Source of the DNA: a virus
Lineage: Duplodnaviria > Caudoviricetes
Length of the DNA stretch: 64,000 bases
IMG/VR virus record: IMGVR_UViG_3300034062_006701
Reading direction: 5' to 3' (one strand)
The notes under the pieces were generated by a model. That model was not told the origin of the DNA. It did no database searches and saw only the letters and a program-made list of their open reading frames with translations. The position numbers and the translations under genes are program-made. The stretch's first letter is position 1, and the number at the start of each line of letters is the position of its first letter. Positions 1-10,227 of the stretch are shown piece by piece.

Positions 1-1
1 T

Positions 2-721
2 GAGCAGGGTAAGTATCTATATGCACTAAGCGATTCATTACGCGGTATTAATAGCTTCGATGCCGTGGTGGAAAACAACGGATATACAGTATTTGCGGTA
101 ATGAGGCTTAATTCTGTAGAGGGTACACTATTTTCTTATGACCTTAATATGAATGAGGAGCTAAACCCAGTTACCGGTGATCAAGGTGATGGTGTGAATT
201 ACGTTCCTAATTTCAATATCTCATTTAACCAACCTAATGCATTGACTGTTGAGCAGGGTGATACAAGTTATTATTTTAAAACGAGTGCGACTGATGATTC
301 CGGTGGTATATATCAACCTACAACTATAAGCAACATATCACAAAACCTTACCGCTTACAGCTTATTTTCTGTAACAGTAAGCGGTACGTTAAACGCACAA
401 GCATATATAACAGCTGATACACTGATAGCGCGAAGACGCAATCAAAGCTATCAATACAATCTGAGTAGCTTTTTATCTGGTGGATTTAATAGCAGTACAG
501 TTCTTTACCCGCCAACCGGGCAATATATAGAACCAGGGACGTATGATAAAAAGTTAGTATACGCGTTACTCGGTAGAAGCAATGCCTATATTGATAGCTA
601 CTTAACAGATACCGAGATTTCAGAAATTATAATATATAATAAACCACTTGATCCTGTTTCTATAGCCAATGTACAAAACTATCTTGTTAATAAGTGGAAT
701 TTAACACTGCGAACTGACTAG
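2..721 (+). CDS. Virion protein with C-terminal LamG/concanavalin-like domain (5'-truncated by window edge)
   Basis: Frame is open from base 2 (EQGKYLYALSDS...). Ends EIIIYNKPLDPVSIANVQNYLVNKWNL, the typical C-terminal signature of phage LamG-like domains. Confidence 0.6.
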   Translation, partial: EQGKYLYALSDSLRGINSFDAVVENNGYTVFAVMRLNSVEGTLFSYDLNMNEELNPVTGDQGDGVNYVPNFNISFNQPNALTVEQGDTSYYFKTSATDDSGGIYQPTTISNISQNLTAYSLFSVTVSGTLNAQAYITADTLIARRRNQSYQYNLSSFLSGGFNSSTVLYPPTGQYIEPGTYDKKLVYALLGRSNAYIDSYLTDTEISEIIIYNKPLDPVSIANVQNYLVNKWNLTLRTD

Positions 722-738
722 TGTATTGTTTAATGTAT

Positions 739-746
739 TATAAATA
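739..746 (+). promoter_or_regulatory. T4-type late promoter TATAAATA
   Basis: Exact T4 late consensus, 5 nt before ATG 752. Confidence 0.75.
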
Positions 747-751
747 ATGAC

Positions 752-3700
752 ATGGAGGTTATTTCCCTTAATTCTACAAACTTTATCGGTCTCTCCACTG
801 CTTATACTCCAGATAAAACCGTAAAATTTGATCAGGAGGTATACTATACAGAACAGGGTGTTTCTCTACCTTTAGCGCAGGTTTTTACGGACATAAACGA
901 CAGCTCGACAAATAATTTCTCTAATCTATTTCTAACACAGGCAACAGCATTATCAAGCGTTGCATATATTGAAGATCTCGATCCGATTCTTGACGATAGT
1001 TTTACCACTTATTTAGCGGTTAATGCAATTGGTGGTATTAATGATAACACACGTTACCTGGTTGTAGAGGAGCCGGTGTTTACACAATCAGTTGCATCTA
1101 TTTCAATGTCAGGGGTACGCTCGAAAATAGATAATAGATATTTTTTCGATATAACATTTATCGATGGTAGGTATTGCAAGGTTGAACATGTTGTACAGAA
1201 TACCGTACGCTATCTTACCTGTGATATAGATGATCAATTATTTTTCTCCTTCAATTCAAATACAGATTACCTAGGTGAATTGAGTCCGCAGATTTTTGTG
1301 TATACATATGATAGAGAAGGTGATTTTCTTGTCTTATCAAAAACAATAAAAGATGTTCCGTACTTTTTAACATATAATTCATTGAGCGGTAATCTTGAAG
1401 CTGTACCGCCACTCACTGGTTCCAACACAGTACCGTATGCACCGAATGCAATTTTTGCATGTATACCGAGATCTGAAATTCCTAATGACACTAAGCTGGT
1501 TGACTCATGGGTAAGTTATCAAAACGATTTTAAAACAAATACACAAAACATAAACCCGTTACGTAGTTCAAAGGCAGTAAATACAAATTTGTTAATTAAT
1601 AGTGAATACAGTACTGTCACCGGCACTGAACTCGGTGTTAATGCATTGTCTCTTAAAAATACTAATACACCAGAAAATTTACAATCAAGAAACAATCCCT
1701 TTCAAGCTAATAAATCGCTCTTCTTAAATGAAAGTGATGTGGAACAGCGTGTATATAAAAAGCTTTTTACAGGTTCAAACCAAATTTTCGGTGACGATAA
1801 CATTACACTAGGATATGAATCCTATACTACTGATATATTACTACCAAAAGATAAGGTTACATATTTTCATGTTCCACAGATATTATATCCTTTCAAACAA
1901 ATTAATATTAGTGAATCAGGGTTAATAGAGGCAGGTGCTATAGCCGGTGATCACCCTGTTAAGTCAGATAAGATATTTAAAAAGCTTGCAGACGCAAAAT
2001 ATACTTCACCGTACGGTGAAGTTATTGACGAATCCAATGGAACGTTTTTATGCAGCTGGCTCTCGGGCAGTTCTGATATAAAGACTAAACCTATTTGGGT
2101 TGATAGATACTATAACCCTTCAAAAGTTACGTTTATCAATGCTCTTACAACGCGATCACTAAACGCGATTTCATATGACTCTGTATTTCAAGGCTTGGTT
2201 AAAGCAGCTGGTAACATACCGGGAACTGATGATGTTTTTGATACCCCTTCAAGTCTTGTTTTCGAGTCTGGTAGTTACTACGCATATCATCACTATGGTC
2301 CGAACGATGTAGTGAAATTTATTCAAACCTTTACACCGTACCTTATCGATAAAGGGATAGAGAGATTTTATTACACCAATCAGTCATCAGCTGTTCCTGA
2401 TGTTCGCAACGGTGAATATGTTTTTAACGGTAAAACGTATGGCGTTTCTAATCCTCTCTCTAGTATACAAATATCAAATCAATTTACCTTATCTTTTGAC
2501 ATGTTTAACAGTGATTGGTCTAAACCTTTAGGTTATCAAATATTTGGCAACTTCTTAGATGATGGGTTTGGTATTTTTAATCAAAATATCGTCACACCGA
2601 CGGTACTTGTAAATACAGTAACAGGTGTCAGTATTTTAAATACTGATTTAAGAGAGATAAAGAGCATAAACTTTACGTCTACACCGCGTGCATTTATACG
2701 TTCTAACTTTGGAGAAAATTATTCAGTAGTGTTTAATGACGGACTGCTTCGACAGTACACCTGCGACGATAATCCTGTTAATGAGACATTTTCACCTTTT
2801 CTTTCAAGTATTCTAGACTTTACAAATGATGATACAACAGCATACATCTTGTGCTCCAGTGCACCAGCATATACATTACTGGGTGTAAATTTGCAATCTA
2901 GCGCTATATCCGCTCTAAACCCGGCTCAATATACGGCTTATTTCGCGGCAGGAGCAGGTAGCGTTACTACAAATTTTGCAACTACAATAGAGAGATATAA
3001 CAATACCTTCTTTTTTACTCCGGGGACTGTATCACGTAGAATTTCAGATAAGATATATTATCTCACACAAGATAAAACAAAAATTCTCGAATGGAGTGAT
3101 ATTGGTTCGTCGACGACGGTAACAACTACCGCGTTTAGTTTAACAGGCACTAATAGCATCGCTGATTTTAATATAGATTTCGATGGCAATATTTGGATAT
3201 TGCAAAGTAAAAACGTATTTTACAAATATACGCAAAATAGAGAATTCCTATTATCTGGCACTCTTACATCCAACACATCATCATTAAAAACTGTTCAGCT
3301 CACCGGCAATGGTTCGAGAACATTTAAAATATCTAATAGCGGTTCAATTATACCGTCTGATTATATTGTAACAGTTGATGAAAGGTCGTTACGACCTATT
3401 TTCGATTATACCGTAACGGCAGATAGTATAACTTTCCTTTCACCTACTCTCTCCGGTAACATATACAGAGTGTCTCGACTTGTATACGAGGACACATATG
3501 CAAATTACAGAGTTAATTTTATAGCGGATTTTTATAACGGTGATTATAAGCGACATGTATTGTTTACCCGTGTTGGTTATAATGCACTAAATACTAGTAG
3601 CCTATCAGCACAAGCTTATCAATTTAATTTACTAGAAATGAACGGTACTCCTGTGATAAGCGCATTTGTTACTGCACCATCTGGCAATCCTGGACTGACA

Positions 3701-4372
3701 AATACTAACTTTATACGCGAATATGTGCAGGATGTCTACCCTGCAGCAAATTTAAATATTAACGCAATTACAAGAAACGTATATGATGATACTGATCTCT
3801 CTAATAACGAGATAGTGTTCAATCTTTCAGGGCTAGACCCTGGTTATCATCATTTTGCTGTACGGTTCGATGCATATCACGGGTTTATGTCGCTATTTGT
3901 GGATGGTCAAAAATCTGGTGATGTACAATTTGCGCCTAGAAAATATAAATTTAGTAATTTACTCTATCGACCGTTTCTTATCGGTACATCATGCTTTAAC
4001 AACTCCACACCTCTGTATCAGTATCTTAAGAAAGACTCTTATATTATAGATAATGTAAAAATCCGTAATCTTTATCTATACAGCATACCACTCAATGATT
4101 GTGATATTGTTATGCATGCACGTGAAAGTAGAGATATACAGGATATTCATTTTGATATTCCGTGTGGTAGACGTAATTACCTCGAAGAAATAGAGCGCTA
4201 TTTTAAAGCTACTATCCCGGGATCAAAATCTACGCAATATAATATTGTTTTACGTAATACTGGTATTACTAATGAAGAGTTAAGAAAAGCTCTCGAGGAA
4301 AGAATAGCTATAGTACTTGCTAACTCTGCTCCTGTCTATTCAAAACTAAATAAAATTAAGTGGGTGAATTAA
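752..4372 (+). CDS. Large virion/baseplate-associated protein with LamG-like domain(s)
   Basis: 1206 aa, S/T/N-rich and beta-rich. LamG-like segment HHFAVRFDAYHGFMSLFVDGQK...IRNLYLYSIPL. TATAAATA box 5 nt upstream. Confidence 0.6.
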   Translation: MEVISLNSTNFIGLSTAYTPDKTVKFDQEVYYTEQGVSLPLAQVFTDINDSSTNNFSNLFLTQATALSSVAYIEDLDPILDDSFTTYLAVNAIGGINDNTRYLVVEEPVFTQSVASISMSGVRSKIDNRYFFDITFIDGRYCKVEHVVQNTVRYLTCDIDDQLFFSFNSNTDYLGELSPQIFVYTYDREGDFLVLSKTIKDVPYFLTYNSLSGNLEAVPPLTGSNTVPYAPNAIFACIPRSEIPNDTKLVDSWVSYQNDFKTNTQNINPLRSSKAVNTNLLINSEYSTVTGTELGVNALSLKNTNTPENLQSRNNPFQANKSLFLNESDVEQRVYKKLFTGSNQIFGDDNITLGYESYTTDILLPKDKVTYFHVPQILYPFKQINISESGLIEAGAIAGDHPVKSDKIFKKLADAKYTSPYGEVIDESNGTFLCSWLSGSSDIKTKPIWVDRYYNPSKVTFINALTTRSLNAISYDSVFQGLVKAAGNIPGTDDVFDTPSSLVFESGSYYAYHHYGPNDVVKFIQTFTPYLIDKGIERFYYTNQSSAVPDVRNGEYVFNGKTYGVSNPLSSIQISNQFTLSFDMFNSDWSKPLGYQIFGNFLDDGFGIFNQNIVTPTVLVNTVTGVSILNTDLREIKSINFTSTPRAFIRSNFGENYSVVFNDGLLRQYTCDDNPVNETFSPFLSSILDFTNDDTTAYILCSSAPAYTLLGVNLQSSAISALNPAQYTAYFAAGAGSVTTNFATTIERYNNTFFFTPGTVSRRISDKIYYLTQDKTKILEWSDIGSSTTVTTTAFSLTGTNSIADFNIDFDGNIWILQSKNVFYKYTQNREFLLSGTLTSNTSSLKTVQLTGNGSRTFKISNSGSIIPSDYIVTVDERSLRPIFDYTVTADSITFLSPTLSGNIYRVSRLVYEDTYANYRVNFIADFYNGDYKRHVLFTRVGYNALNTSSLSAQAYQFNLLEMNGTPVISAFVTAPSGNPGLTNTNFIREYVQDVYPAANLNINAITRNVYDDTDLSNNEIVFNLSGLDPGYHHFAVRFDAYHGFMSLFVDGQKSGDVQFAPRKYKFSNLLYRPFLIGTSCFNNSTPLYQYLKKDSYIIDNVKIRNLYLYSIPLNDCDIVMHARESRDIQDIHFDIPCGRRNYLEEIERYFKATIPGSKSTQYNIVLRNTGITNEELRKALEERIAIVLANSAPVYSKLNKIKWVN

Positions 4373-4378
4373 AAAACA

Positions 4379-5998
4379 ATGAATATTAATAATATCATAG
4401 AGAATAATGGCATTATCTTTGATCGGTATCTAGGAACACCCCTAGAGTTACCATATTCAAACTTTGATGAAATTAAAATAAAGCAAAACGACACTGTTAC
4501 GAATTTTAATATTAATAATATTATATCAAAGCTTTACGATAACTACCTTTACCTGTATAAGATGTCTCATATTGCGTCTAACCTCATGCCACTTACTTCT
4601 ATTGCGACTGCAGGTGTTTTTAATAATATATTCTCATATTATAGAAATCTCAGTACAAGTCAATTTACAAGTCTTACTAGTGGTAATATAACAAATCTCG
4701 ATAACTGCAATGCATTATCTGTTCAGTATAATGCTGATTTAGATCAGTATGCAATTTTTGCGTCCTCTGGACCGTCGCTAGTTGTGTTTAATAGCGATAC
4801 AACGTTTACTAGCATTGTAACCGCTCTTAGTACAAATACTATCTTTGATGGATCAACTATTAAATGGGGCAAGATACAGGACTTTGCATTTGGTGATAAC
4901 ACGTCACTTTATGTACTTGATTTAAGTGCTAACTCTGTCATAAAATATAATGCAGCAGGGTTTGTTACAGATGATAACATATTAGGTAACACGTTAACAT
5001 ACGAAACCCGTATTGGTGGGTATGGTGGGTTTGATGATACAACAAAGTTTAACAGCCCTGAGAGTATTACATATTATAACTCAGAACTATATGTTCTCGA
5101 TTCTGGTAATAGTTGTATTAAGAAATATGATAAAAATTTAAACTGGTTAACAACGTATCGACTATTTAGAGACTTCTTATCCGCGTATCCCATACAAATA
5201 AACCACGATAGTAGCGGGTCACCGTATGTTGTAACGAATGCTAATATTGTTTACAAGTATAATGGTGATTTTACAGATAAGACTGTAATAGATATTGATC
5301 TTTTAACAGGTGATAAGGGAGCAGTTAAGCGGATTGTGTTTTCTCCTTCAGACAGCAATGTATTTTATCTATATACGGATAAAAATGTATATAAGAGTTT
5401 ATTGAGCAATCCTGATGACATTGTTGGTAAATATCTATTCAATCTCTTCAAAGTTAATACAGATGAAACAATACGTACCGTTTCATCTATTGCTAAAAGT
5501 GATAGTACTGGCTCATACGACTATAATTTTATTTTTAGCTCAGCAAACAACGTAGGTAAGATATCTATTTACAAAGATAATATTAATATTGTTAGCTTGC
5601 TTACTGATAGAGAATTTGATGTGTATGATCTTAATGAAATAAAAATTAATTCAGAAGAATATATACAAAACTGGGTAATTAATAAAGCGATTTCAAAATT
5701 GCTTATTAATCATATGAGACTTAGAGATGAAATCGCTAGTAAATTTCTTTTTAAAAAAGATCCCGCTAGTGGTGACACTTTATTTGTCGGTGAAAGGTAT
5801 TTGCTTCCGGGTGAATTTAGTTCTATACGGTTTCAGCAAGATTTAACAAATTATATAGGCATGAACGAAATATTTCAAAACAATATCATTAATAGACCTT
5901 TTGAGATTATTCACAATATTCAAACAAATATACTATCAGTTATAGCTGCTGAAGTTGAAAATTTTTATGATAAAACTCGAATTATAAATTTGAGTTAA
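4379..5998 (+). CDS. Virion protein with NHL-type beta-propeller
   Basis: NHL-like blades: FNSPESITYYNSELYVLDSGNSCIKKYD and IQDFAFGDNTSLYVLDLSANSVIKYN. Confidence 0.6.
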   Translation: MNINNIIENNGIIFDRYLGTPLELPYSNFDEIKIKQNDTVTNFNINNIISKLYDNYLYLYKMSHIASNLMPLTSIATAGVFNNIFSYYRNLSTSQFTSLTSGNITNLDNCNALSVQYNADLDQYAIFASSGPSLVVFNSDTTFTSIVTALSTNTIFDGSTIKWGKIQDFAFGDNTSLYVLDLSANSVIKYNAAGFVTDDNILGNTLTYETRIGGYGGFDDTTKFNSPESITYYNSELYVLDSGNSCIKKYDKNLNWLTTYRLFRDFLSAYPIQINHDSSGSPYVVTNANIVYKYNGDFTDKTVIDIDLLTGDKGAVKRIVFSPSDSNVFYLYTDKNVYKSLLSNPDDIVGKYLFNLFKVNTDETIRTVSSIAKSDSTGSYDYNFIFSSANNVGKISIYKDNINIVSLLTDREFDVYDLNEIKINSEEYIQNWVINKAISKLLINHMRLRDEIASKFLFKKDPASGDTLFVGERYLLPGEFSSIRFQQDLTNYIGMNEIFQNNIINRPFEIIHNIQTNILSVIAAEVENFYDKTRIINLS

Positions 5999-6031
5999 TT
6001 GAATTCAACGCTTCGATATTAAATAATCATA

Positions 6032-7879
6032 ATGGCTAATACTATTCAAGTTACATCTGACACCGTTGTCAAGCTTCTAATACGACGCGGTACAGACTTT
6101 GACCGTAAGAATGTAGTTCTATCGCAAGGCGAGCTAGGTTTTACAACAGACACTGAGAGACTATTTGCTGGCAACGGTGTTACACTTGGAGGTGTTATTG
6201 TTGGTAACAAATCTACTGTTACAAATGCAGGTAAAGAGACTATATCCAACCCATTTCCCGGTGATTCGGTATTTGAAACTCAAAATACTGACGGTGCGCC
6301 TACCAATTTATTATATATACTAAATAAGGACAATCTCTGGGTAAATGCACACCCTGTTTACGGTTCACCGTTTAGTTATACAACGGGTGAATTGCTCTTT
6401 AATTCACAGTATCTAACACTCGATACGGCTAAATCTATTTTAAACTTAAATGTAGATCTCTATACTGCTAATTTAAGTAGTAATCAAACATTTGTTTACG
6501 AATTACCAAGAAGAGGTATTAATGCAACAAATAAAACCTACGTTGATACGCTAGTAAGTGTAGCTACAGCAGGTGATCAGCTATATACTAGGAATTACGT
6601 TGGTAATAACTACGTACCCCTCAGCGGGGAAGCAACTGTATTCGGTACAATTAGCAGTACTACAAATATAACTGTACCTACATTACCTGTTCATGATAAT
6701 GATCTGACAAACAAGGTGTACGTTGATACAGAAATAAGCACATCCTCAAACGCCGACAGAACATTTGTCGGTAATAGGTATCTTCCTCTATCAGGTGGTA
6801 CATTAACTAATTCTGTTACTGCTGTCGTTCAAAGAAACAACGCGGCAGCGCTTCATATTAGACAATTAGGAACCGCACCGGCTCTAAGAATTGATAATAC
6901 CAATACTCTTAACGCTAACCAGCCGGCATTTATAGTAGACAACTACGGTAGTTTAGGTATTGGTATGACACCTGTACCAGGCAGCTCAACAAGACTAACT
7001 GTCGTTGGTAATGTTAGCGCTACAGGTAATATCAATACAGACAGCAATCTCTATACAGGTGGCCGTGTTGGTGTTGGTACTCTTACACCGACACAACAGC
7101 TTGATGTCATCGGTTACATTAAATCTACAGGCGTTGAGTCAGGTATTCGTATCGGAACGTCAGACTCAGGTTCTACAGGTCAATTTTCTGTCGATGGACA
7201 GAATACATATCTTGATTATTCCGCAAGTTTATTAATACGCAATGGTAGTGATTTTTCAGAAAAAATCCGCGTAACCGGTGATGGTAAAATTGGTGTTGGT
7301 GGTATAGAGCCAGTGACTAATCTACAGATTAACGATCCTGCAGGAGCGAGAGTGCGAGTAAGCGGTGCGAATGGCTCAGCTTTTGAACTTAATGATGCAA
7401 ATACTCGAATTGGTATACCCGCTACAAATACACTAGCTCTTTATACATCTAACAATGAGCGCGCTAGAATTGATCTGAATGGTAATGTTGGTATAGGTAC
7501 ATCGTCACCGGCTGCAAAACTAGATGTTAATGGCAATACACGTATAACTGGTACCCTTACAACGACAGGTGATATTAATGCAGGTGGTGACGTTACGGCG
7601 TTTACAACATCTGATGAGCGTTTAAAGAATAATATTACCCCGATATCCAGTGCTTTAGAGAAAATAGATCGAATCACCGGTGTTGAATACGATTGGAATA
7701 CCGAATTACAGTCAAATCGCACTGGACACGATGTCGGTGTGCTTGCACAAGAAATAGAGGCGATTATCCCAGAAGCTGTTACAACACGTGAAGATGGCTA
7801 CAAAGCAGTAAATTACGAAAAAATCATACCTCTCTTAATTCAAGCTATTAAGGAATTAAAGGCTAATACTACAAAATAA
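6032..7879 (+). CDS. Tail fibre with N-terminal attachment domain and C-terminal peptidase S74 autocleaving chaperone
   Basis: N-terminal LLIRRGT...LSQGELGFTTDTERLFAGNG. G(N/K)(V/I)G(I/V)G repeats. C-terminal SDERLKNNITPISSALEKIDRITGVEYDWN...VGVLAQEIE...VNYEKIIPLLIQAIKEL. Confidence 0.9.
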   Translation: MANTIQVTSDTVVKLLIRRGTDFDRKNVVLSQGELGFTTDTERLFAGNGVTLGGVIVGNKSTVTNAGKETISNPFPGDSVFETQNTDGAPTNLLYILNKDNLWVNAHPVYGSPFSYTTGELLFNSQYLTLDTAKSILNLNVDLYTANLSSNQTFVYELPRRGINATNKTYVDTLVSVATAGDQLYTRNYVGNNYVPLSGEATVFGTISSTTNITVPTLPVHDNDLTNKVYVDTEISTSSNADRTFVGNRYLPLSGGTLTNSVTAVVQRNNAAALHIRQLGTAPALRIDNTNTLNANQPAFIVDNYGSLGIGMTPVPGSSTRLTVVGNVSATGNINTDSNLYTGGRVGVGTLTPTQQLDVIGYIKSTGVESGIRIGTSDSGSTGQFSVDGQNTYLDYSASLLIRNGSDFSEKIRVTGDGKIGVGGIEPVTNLQINDPAGARVRVSGANGSAFELNDANTRIGIPATNTLALYTSNNERARIDLNGNVGIGTSSPAAKLDVNGNTRITGTLTTTGDINAGGDVTAFTTSDERLKNNITPISSALEKIDRITGVEYDWNTELQSNRTGHDVGVLAQEIEAIIPEAVTTREDGYKAVNYEKIIPLLIQAIKELKANTTK

Positions 7880-7880
7880 T

Positions 7881-7888
7881 TATAAATA
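7881..7888 (+). promoter_or_regulatory. T4-type late promoter TATAAATA
   Basis: 9 nt before ATG 7898. Confidence 0.7.
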
Positions 7889-7897
7889 ATTAGGTAT

Positions 7898-9169
7898 ATG
7901 GCTAATAACTATGGACCTCTGCCAGTATCTGGACCGATTTCTCTCGAGGATATTGCCGATGTATTTTTCTTATATAAGGCATATCCGGATATTGTAAGGG
8001 GCCGGTTAGTCGATATGACTGACTATTACGGTGATAAGATCAAATATTATACACCGTTGCAGCCGCCTATCCCTGTAGAAGCCTCGAGAGAGCTAAGTAT
8101 ATCTGATTTTAAAGGAAAGCAATACGGTTTACTCGTTGATGTATTCATTAATGCGCCGATAAACAATTATAATTTATATGACTATGCGCAAGCGCGTGTA
8201 AATGTACTATACCCGGGATTTTTACTTTCTAATCCCACGATACCTTTTTTTATTACATTAACAAACAATAGTCGTGTTGGCTCTACAAGTGTGAGTCTAC
8301 CCGCTCTTAGCATAGGTACAAGTTCAAATAATGTAAATAGTCTCAATCAATATTCAACTGTATCCTTCGTTAATAATGGATCCGTAGTCGGGGCCCCGCA
8401 GCCAAATGGTGCGAGATCTCATACCTATGGACCTGGTGGCCATGGTCTGACTATACCTGTAGGCGTGGCAAGTGTTAATGTACGTGTTGTTGCAGGTGGT
8501 GGTGGTGGTGGTACTGGGCAGGAGGTGAATAATGGAGGTGCAGGCGGGGGCGGAGGTTCAGGTGGTACTAGGGCCGGTACAATTTCTGTTTCACCGGGTG
8601 GTGTAATGAGTATAAGTGTTGGTGGTGGTGGTCGCGGTGGTCAGTCCGGTGGTCGTGGCACGTCTGCGGGTGGTAATGGCGGCGGTGGTACTACAGTTTC
8701 ATATGGCGGTGCTTCTGTTTCGGCCGGAGGAGGAAGCGGAGGTGGCGGTGGCGGTCAAGGATCCGGTGGTAGCGGTGGTAGCGGTGGTTCTCCTAATGGT
8801 GCGCGAGGTGGTAATGGTCAAGGCGGTGGTAATGACCACGCAAGTGGGTCAGGCGGTGGAGGCGGAGGCTCTGTATATGGTGGTTACGGTACCGGTGGTG
8901 GTGGAGCGTCATTTTATGATCGATCAGGTTCGCTTGGCTGGTCAGGGAGCAACGGCGGAGGCGGTGTAGCTGTTCTTGATTATATTATTAACGTACCGGG
9001 CGGTCCTGCCGTTCAGCTCACACGACCAACAACAATTACTAATAACGGTCTTTTAGAGGGAGGCACAAGCAGTATAGGAAGCACTGGTGTCCCGGGTCCT
9101 TATATAATAGGATACAGTAACGTTCGTAATAAACCTGTGGGTGGGAGAGTTTTGGGGACTGTTCAATAG
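7898..9169 (+). CDS. Glycine-rich tail-fibre-tip adhesin (gp38-like)
   Basis: Directly follows the fibre. N-terminal LPVSGPISLEDI, long poly-Gly segments, TITNNG motifs. TATAAATA box upstream. Confidence 0.6.
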   Translation: MANNYGPLPVSGPISLEDIADVFFLYKAYPDIVRGRLVDMTDYYGDKIKYYTPLQPPIPVEASRELSISDFKGKQYGLLVDVFINAPINNYNLYDYAQARVNVLYPGFLLSNPTIPFFITLTNNSRVGSTSVSLPALSIGTSSNNVNSLNQYSTVSFVNNGSVVGAPQPNGARSHTYGPGGHGLTIPVGVASVNVRVVAGGGGGGTGQEVNNGGAGGGGGSGGTRAGTISVSPGGVMSISVGGGGRGGQSGGRGTSAGGNGGGGTTVSYGGASVSAGGGSGGGGGGQGSGGSGGSGGSPNGARGGNGQGGGNDHASGSGGGGGGSVYGGYGTGGGGASFYDRSGSLGWSGSNGGGGVAVLDYIINVPGGPAVQLTRPTTITNNGLLEGGTSSIGSTGVPGPYIIGYSNVRNKPVGGRVLGTVQ

Positions 9170-9210
9170 TACCGTTTGATGTTTTGAGTAAATTAAATAA
9201 ATATATTAAT

Positions 9211-9780
9211 ATGAAAAGATTAGCTTTAGTGTGTATGCTTTTAACAGGGTGTACCGTATACACCGAAAAACAAACAGAAGCAGTAAGTCAGTCTGTTTAT
9301 GCTACTAAAGATTCCATTGATTTAGCTAGAATTGATTTGGCTGAGAGTTATATCAGTGAAACTACAAAATTAATTAACCCTCCTAAGAAAAGAATTCAAA
9401 TTAGTGCTGTTTATCAAAAACCAATACAGGTTAATGACTCAAAACAGAGGATTGTAATTGTTCCAGAACAATATAAGAGTGATAAAGTTGTAGTAGTTAA
9501 CTCTACGGATTACGATAATCTTTTAAAGGATAAGGATATTGCTATTCAATTAAAGAAAGACAATGAGCTCTTAACAAAAGCTAGATCTGAATTTGATGCT
9601 GAACGTACAAAGCAACAAGAAATGAGAGACAGGATGGTAAAAGATCTTAACATTATGCAAAAGAAGTTAGTAGAGAAGGATTTAGCTATTCTTTGGCGAA
9701 ATATTATTATCGTAGCTCTTCTTGGCGTGATTGGTGGTTATGTCTACCTTAGAATGAATAGTGGGTTTAAACTTTTTTAA
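9211..9780 (+). CDS. Lipoprotein with C-terminal TM helix; candidate unimolecular spanin
   Basis: Start reassigned to ATG 9211. MKRLALVCMLLTG-C lipobox, coiled-coil-like middle, C-terminal hydrophobic ILWRNIIIVALLGVIGGYVYL. Immediately upstream of the holin-like and endolysin genes. Confidence 0.6.
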   Translation: MKRLALVCMLLTGCTVYTEKQTEAVSQSVYATKDSIDLARIDLAESYISETTKLINPPKKRIQISAVYQKPIQVNDSKQRIVIVPEQYKSDKVVVVNSTDYDNLLKDKDIAIQLKKDNELLTKARSEFDAERTKQQEMRDRMVKDLNIMQKKLVEKDLAILWRNIIIVALLGVIGGYVYLRMNSGFKLF

Positions 9781-9795
9781 AAGATAAATATCTAT

Positions 9796-10227
9796 ATGTG
9801 GCAGAATATTGTCAATATAGCTAAATCCACGACTGCATTCTTGCAGAATGGTGTTGCTCCACCCAATACACCTACTGTGTTAAAAACAAAGATGGAGAAT
9901 ACTAATCATCTTTCTTCGAAGAAATTCTTTATTATCTTCACATCAGTCTTAATGTTAGCTGCTCTATATTACTCTAGTGTTGCTATTCTTTTAGCTATAC
10001 AGATGCCAGAGCATGTAACAGCTTTTGTGACTCTTTTTTCTAAGACCATAGAGATATTTGCCATTATCATTGCCTCATATCTCGGTGTTCAAGCTGCTGT
10101 AGAGTTAAAATATAACAGTGCTTCAAACGCTGAAGTAAAGGGAGAAGTTATAGTAGAACAGAAGGAAGTAATTTTAACTCACAATACAAAAGAAGACGAT
10201 TATGATATTTCGGGGGTAATAATATGA
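9796..10227 (+). CDS. Holin-like membrane protein (about 2 TM helices)
   Basis: Two hydrophobic stretches (KKFFIIFTSVLMLAALYYSSVAILLAI; IEIFAIIIASYLGVQAAV) and a charged C-terminus. ATGA overlap with the endolysin gene. Confidence 0.55.
   Translation: MWQNIVNIAKSTTAFLQNGVAPPNTPTVLKTKMENTNHLSSKKFFIIFTSVLMLAALYYSSVAILLAIQMPEHVTAFVTLFSKTIEIFAIIIASYLGVQAAVELKYNSASNAEVKGEVIVEQKEVILTHNTKEDDYDISGVII

Noticed and set aside
8616-8969. Val/Ala-rich 117-aa ORF overlapping the adhesin
   Set aside because: It is the frame-shifted shadow of GGT/GGC glycine codons and has no promoter box or independent support.
7898-9169. Diversity-generating retroelement target in the adhesin
   Set aside because: No reverse transcriptase and no near-identical template repeat with adenine-specific mismatches was seen in the window.
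9184-9210. TTG start at 9184 given in the ORF track
   Set aside because: The extension covers the TAAATA boxes. ATG 9211 gives a proper lipoprotein signal peptide.
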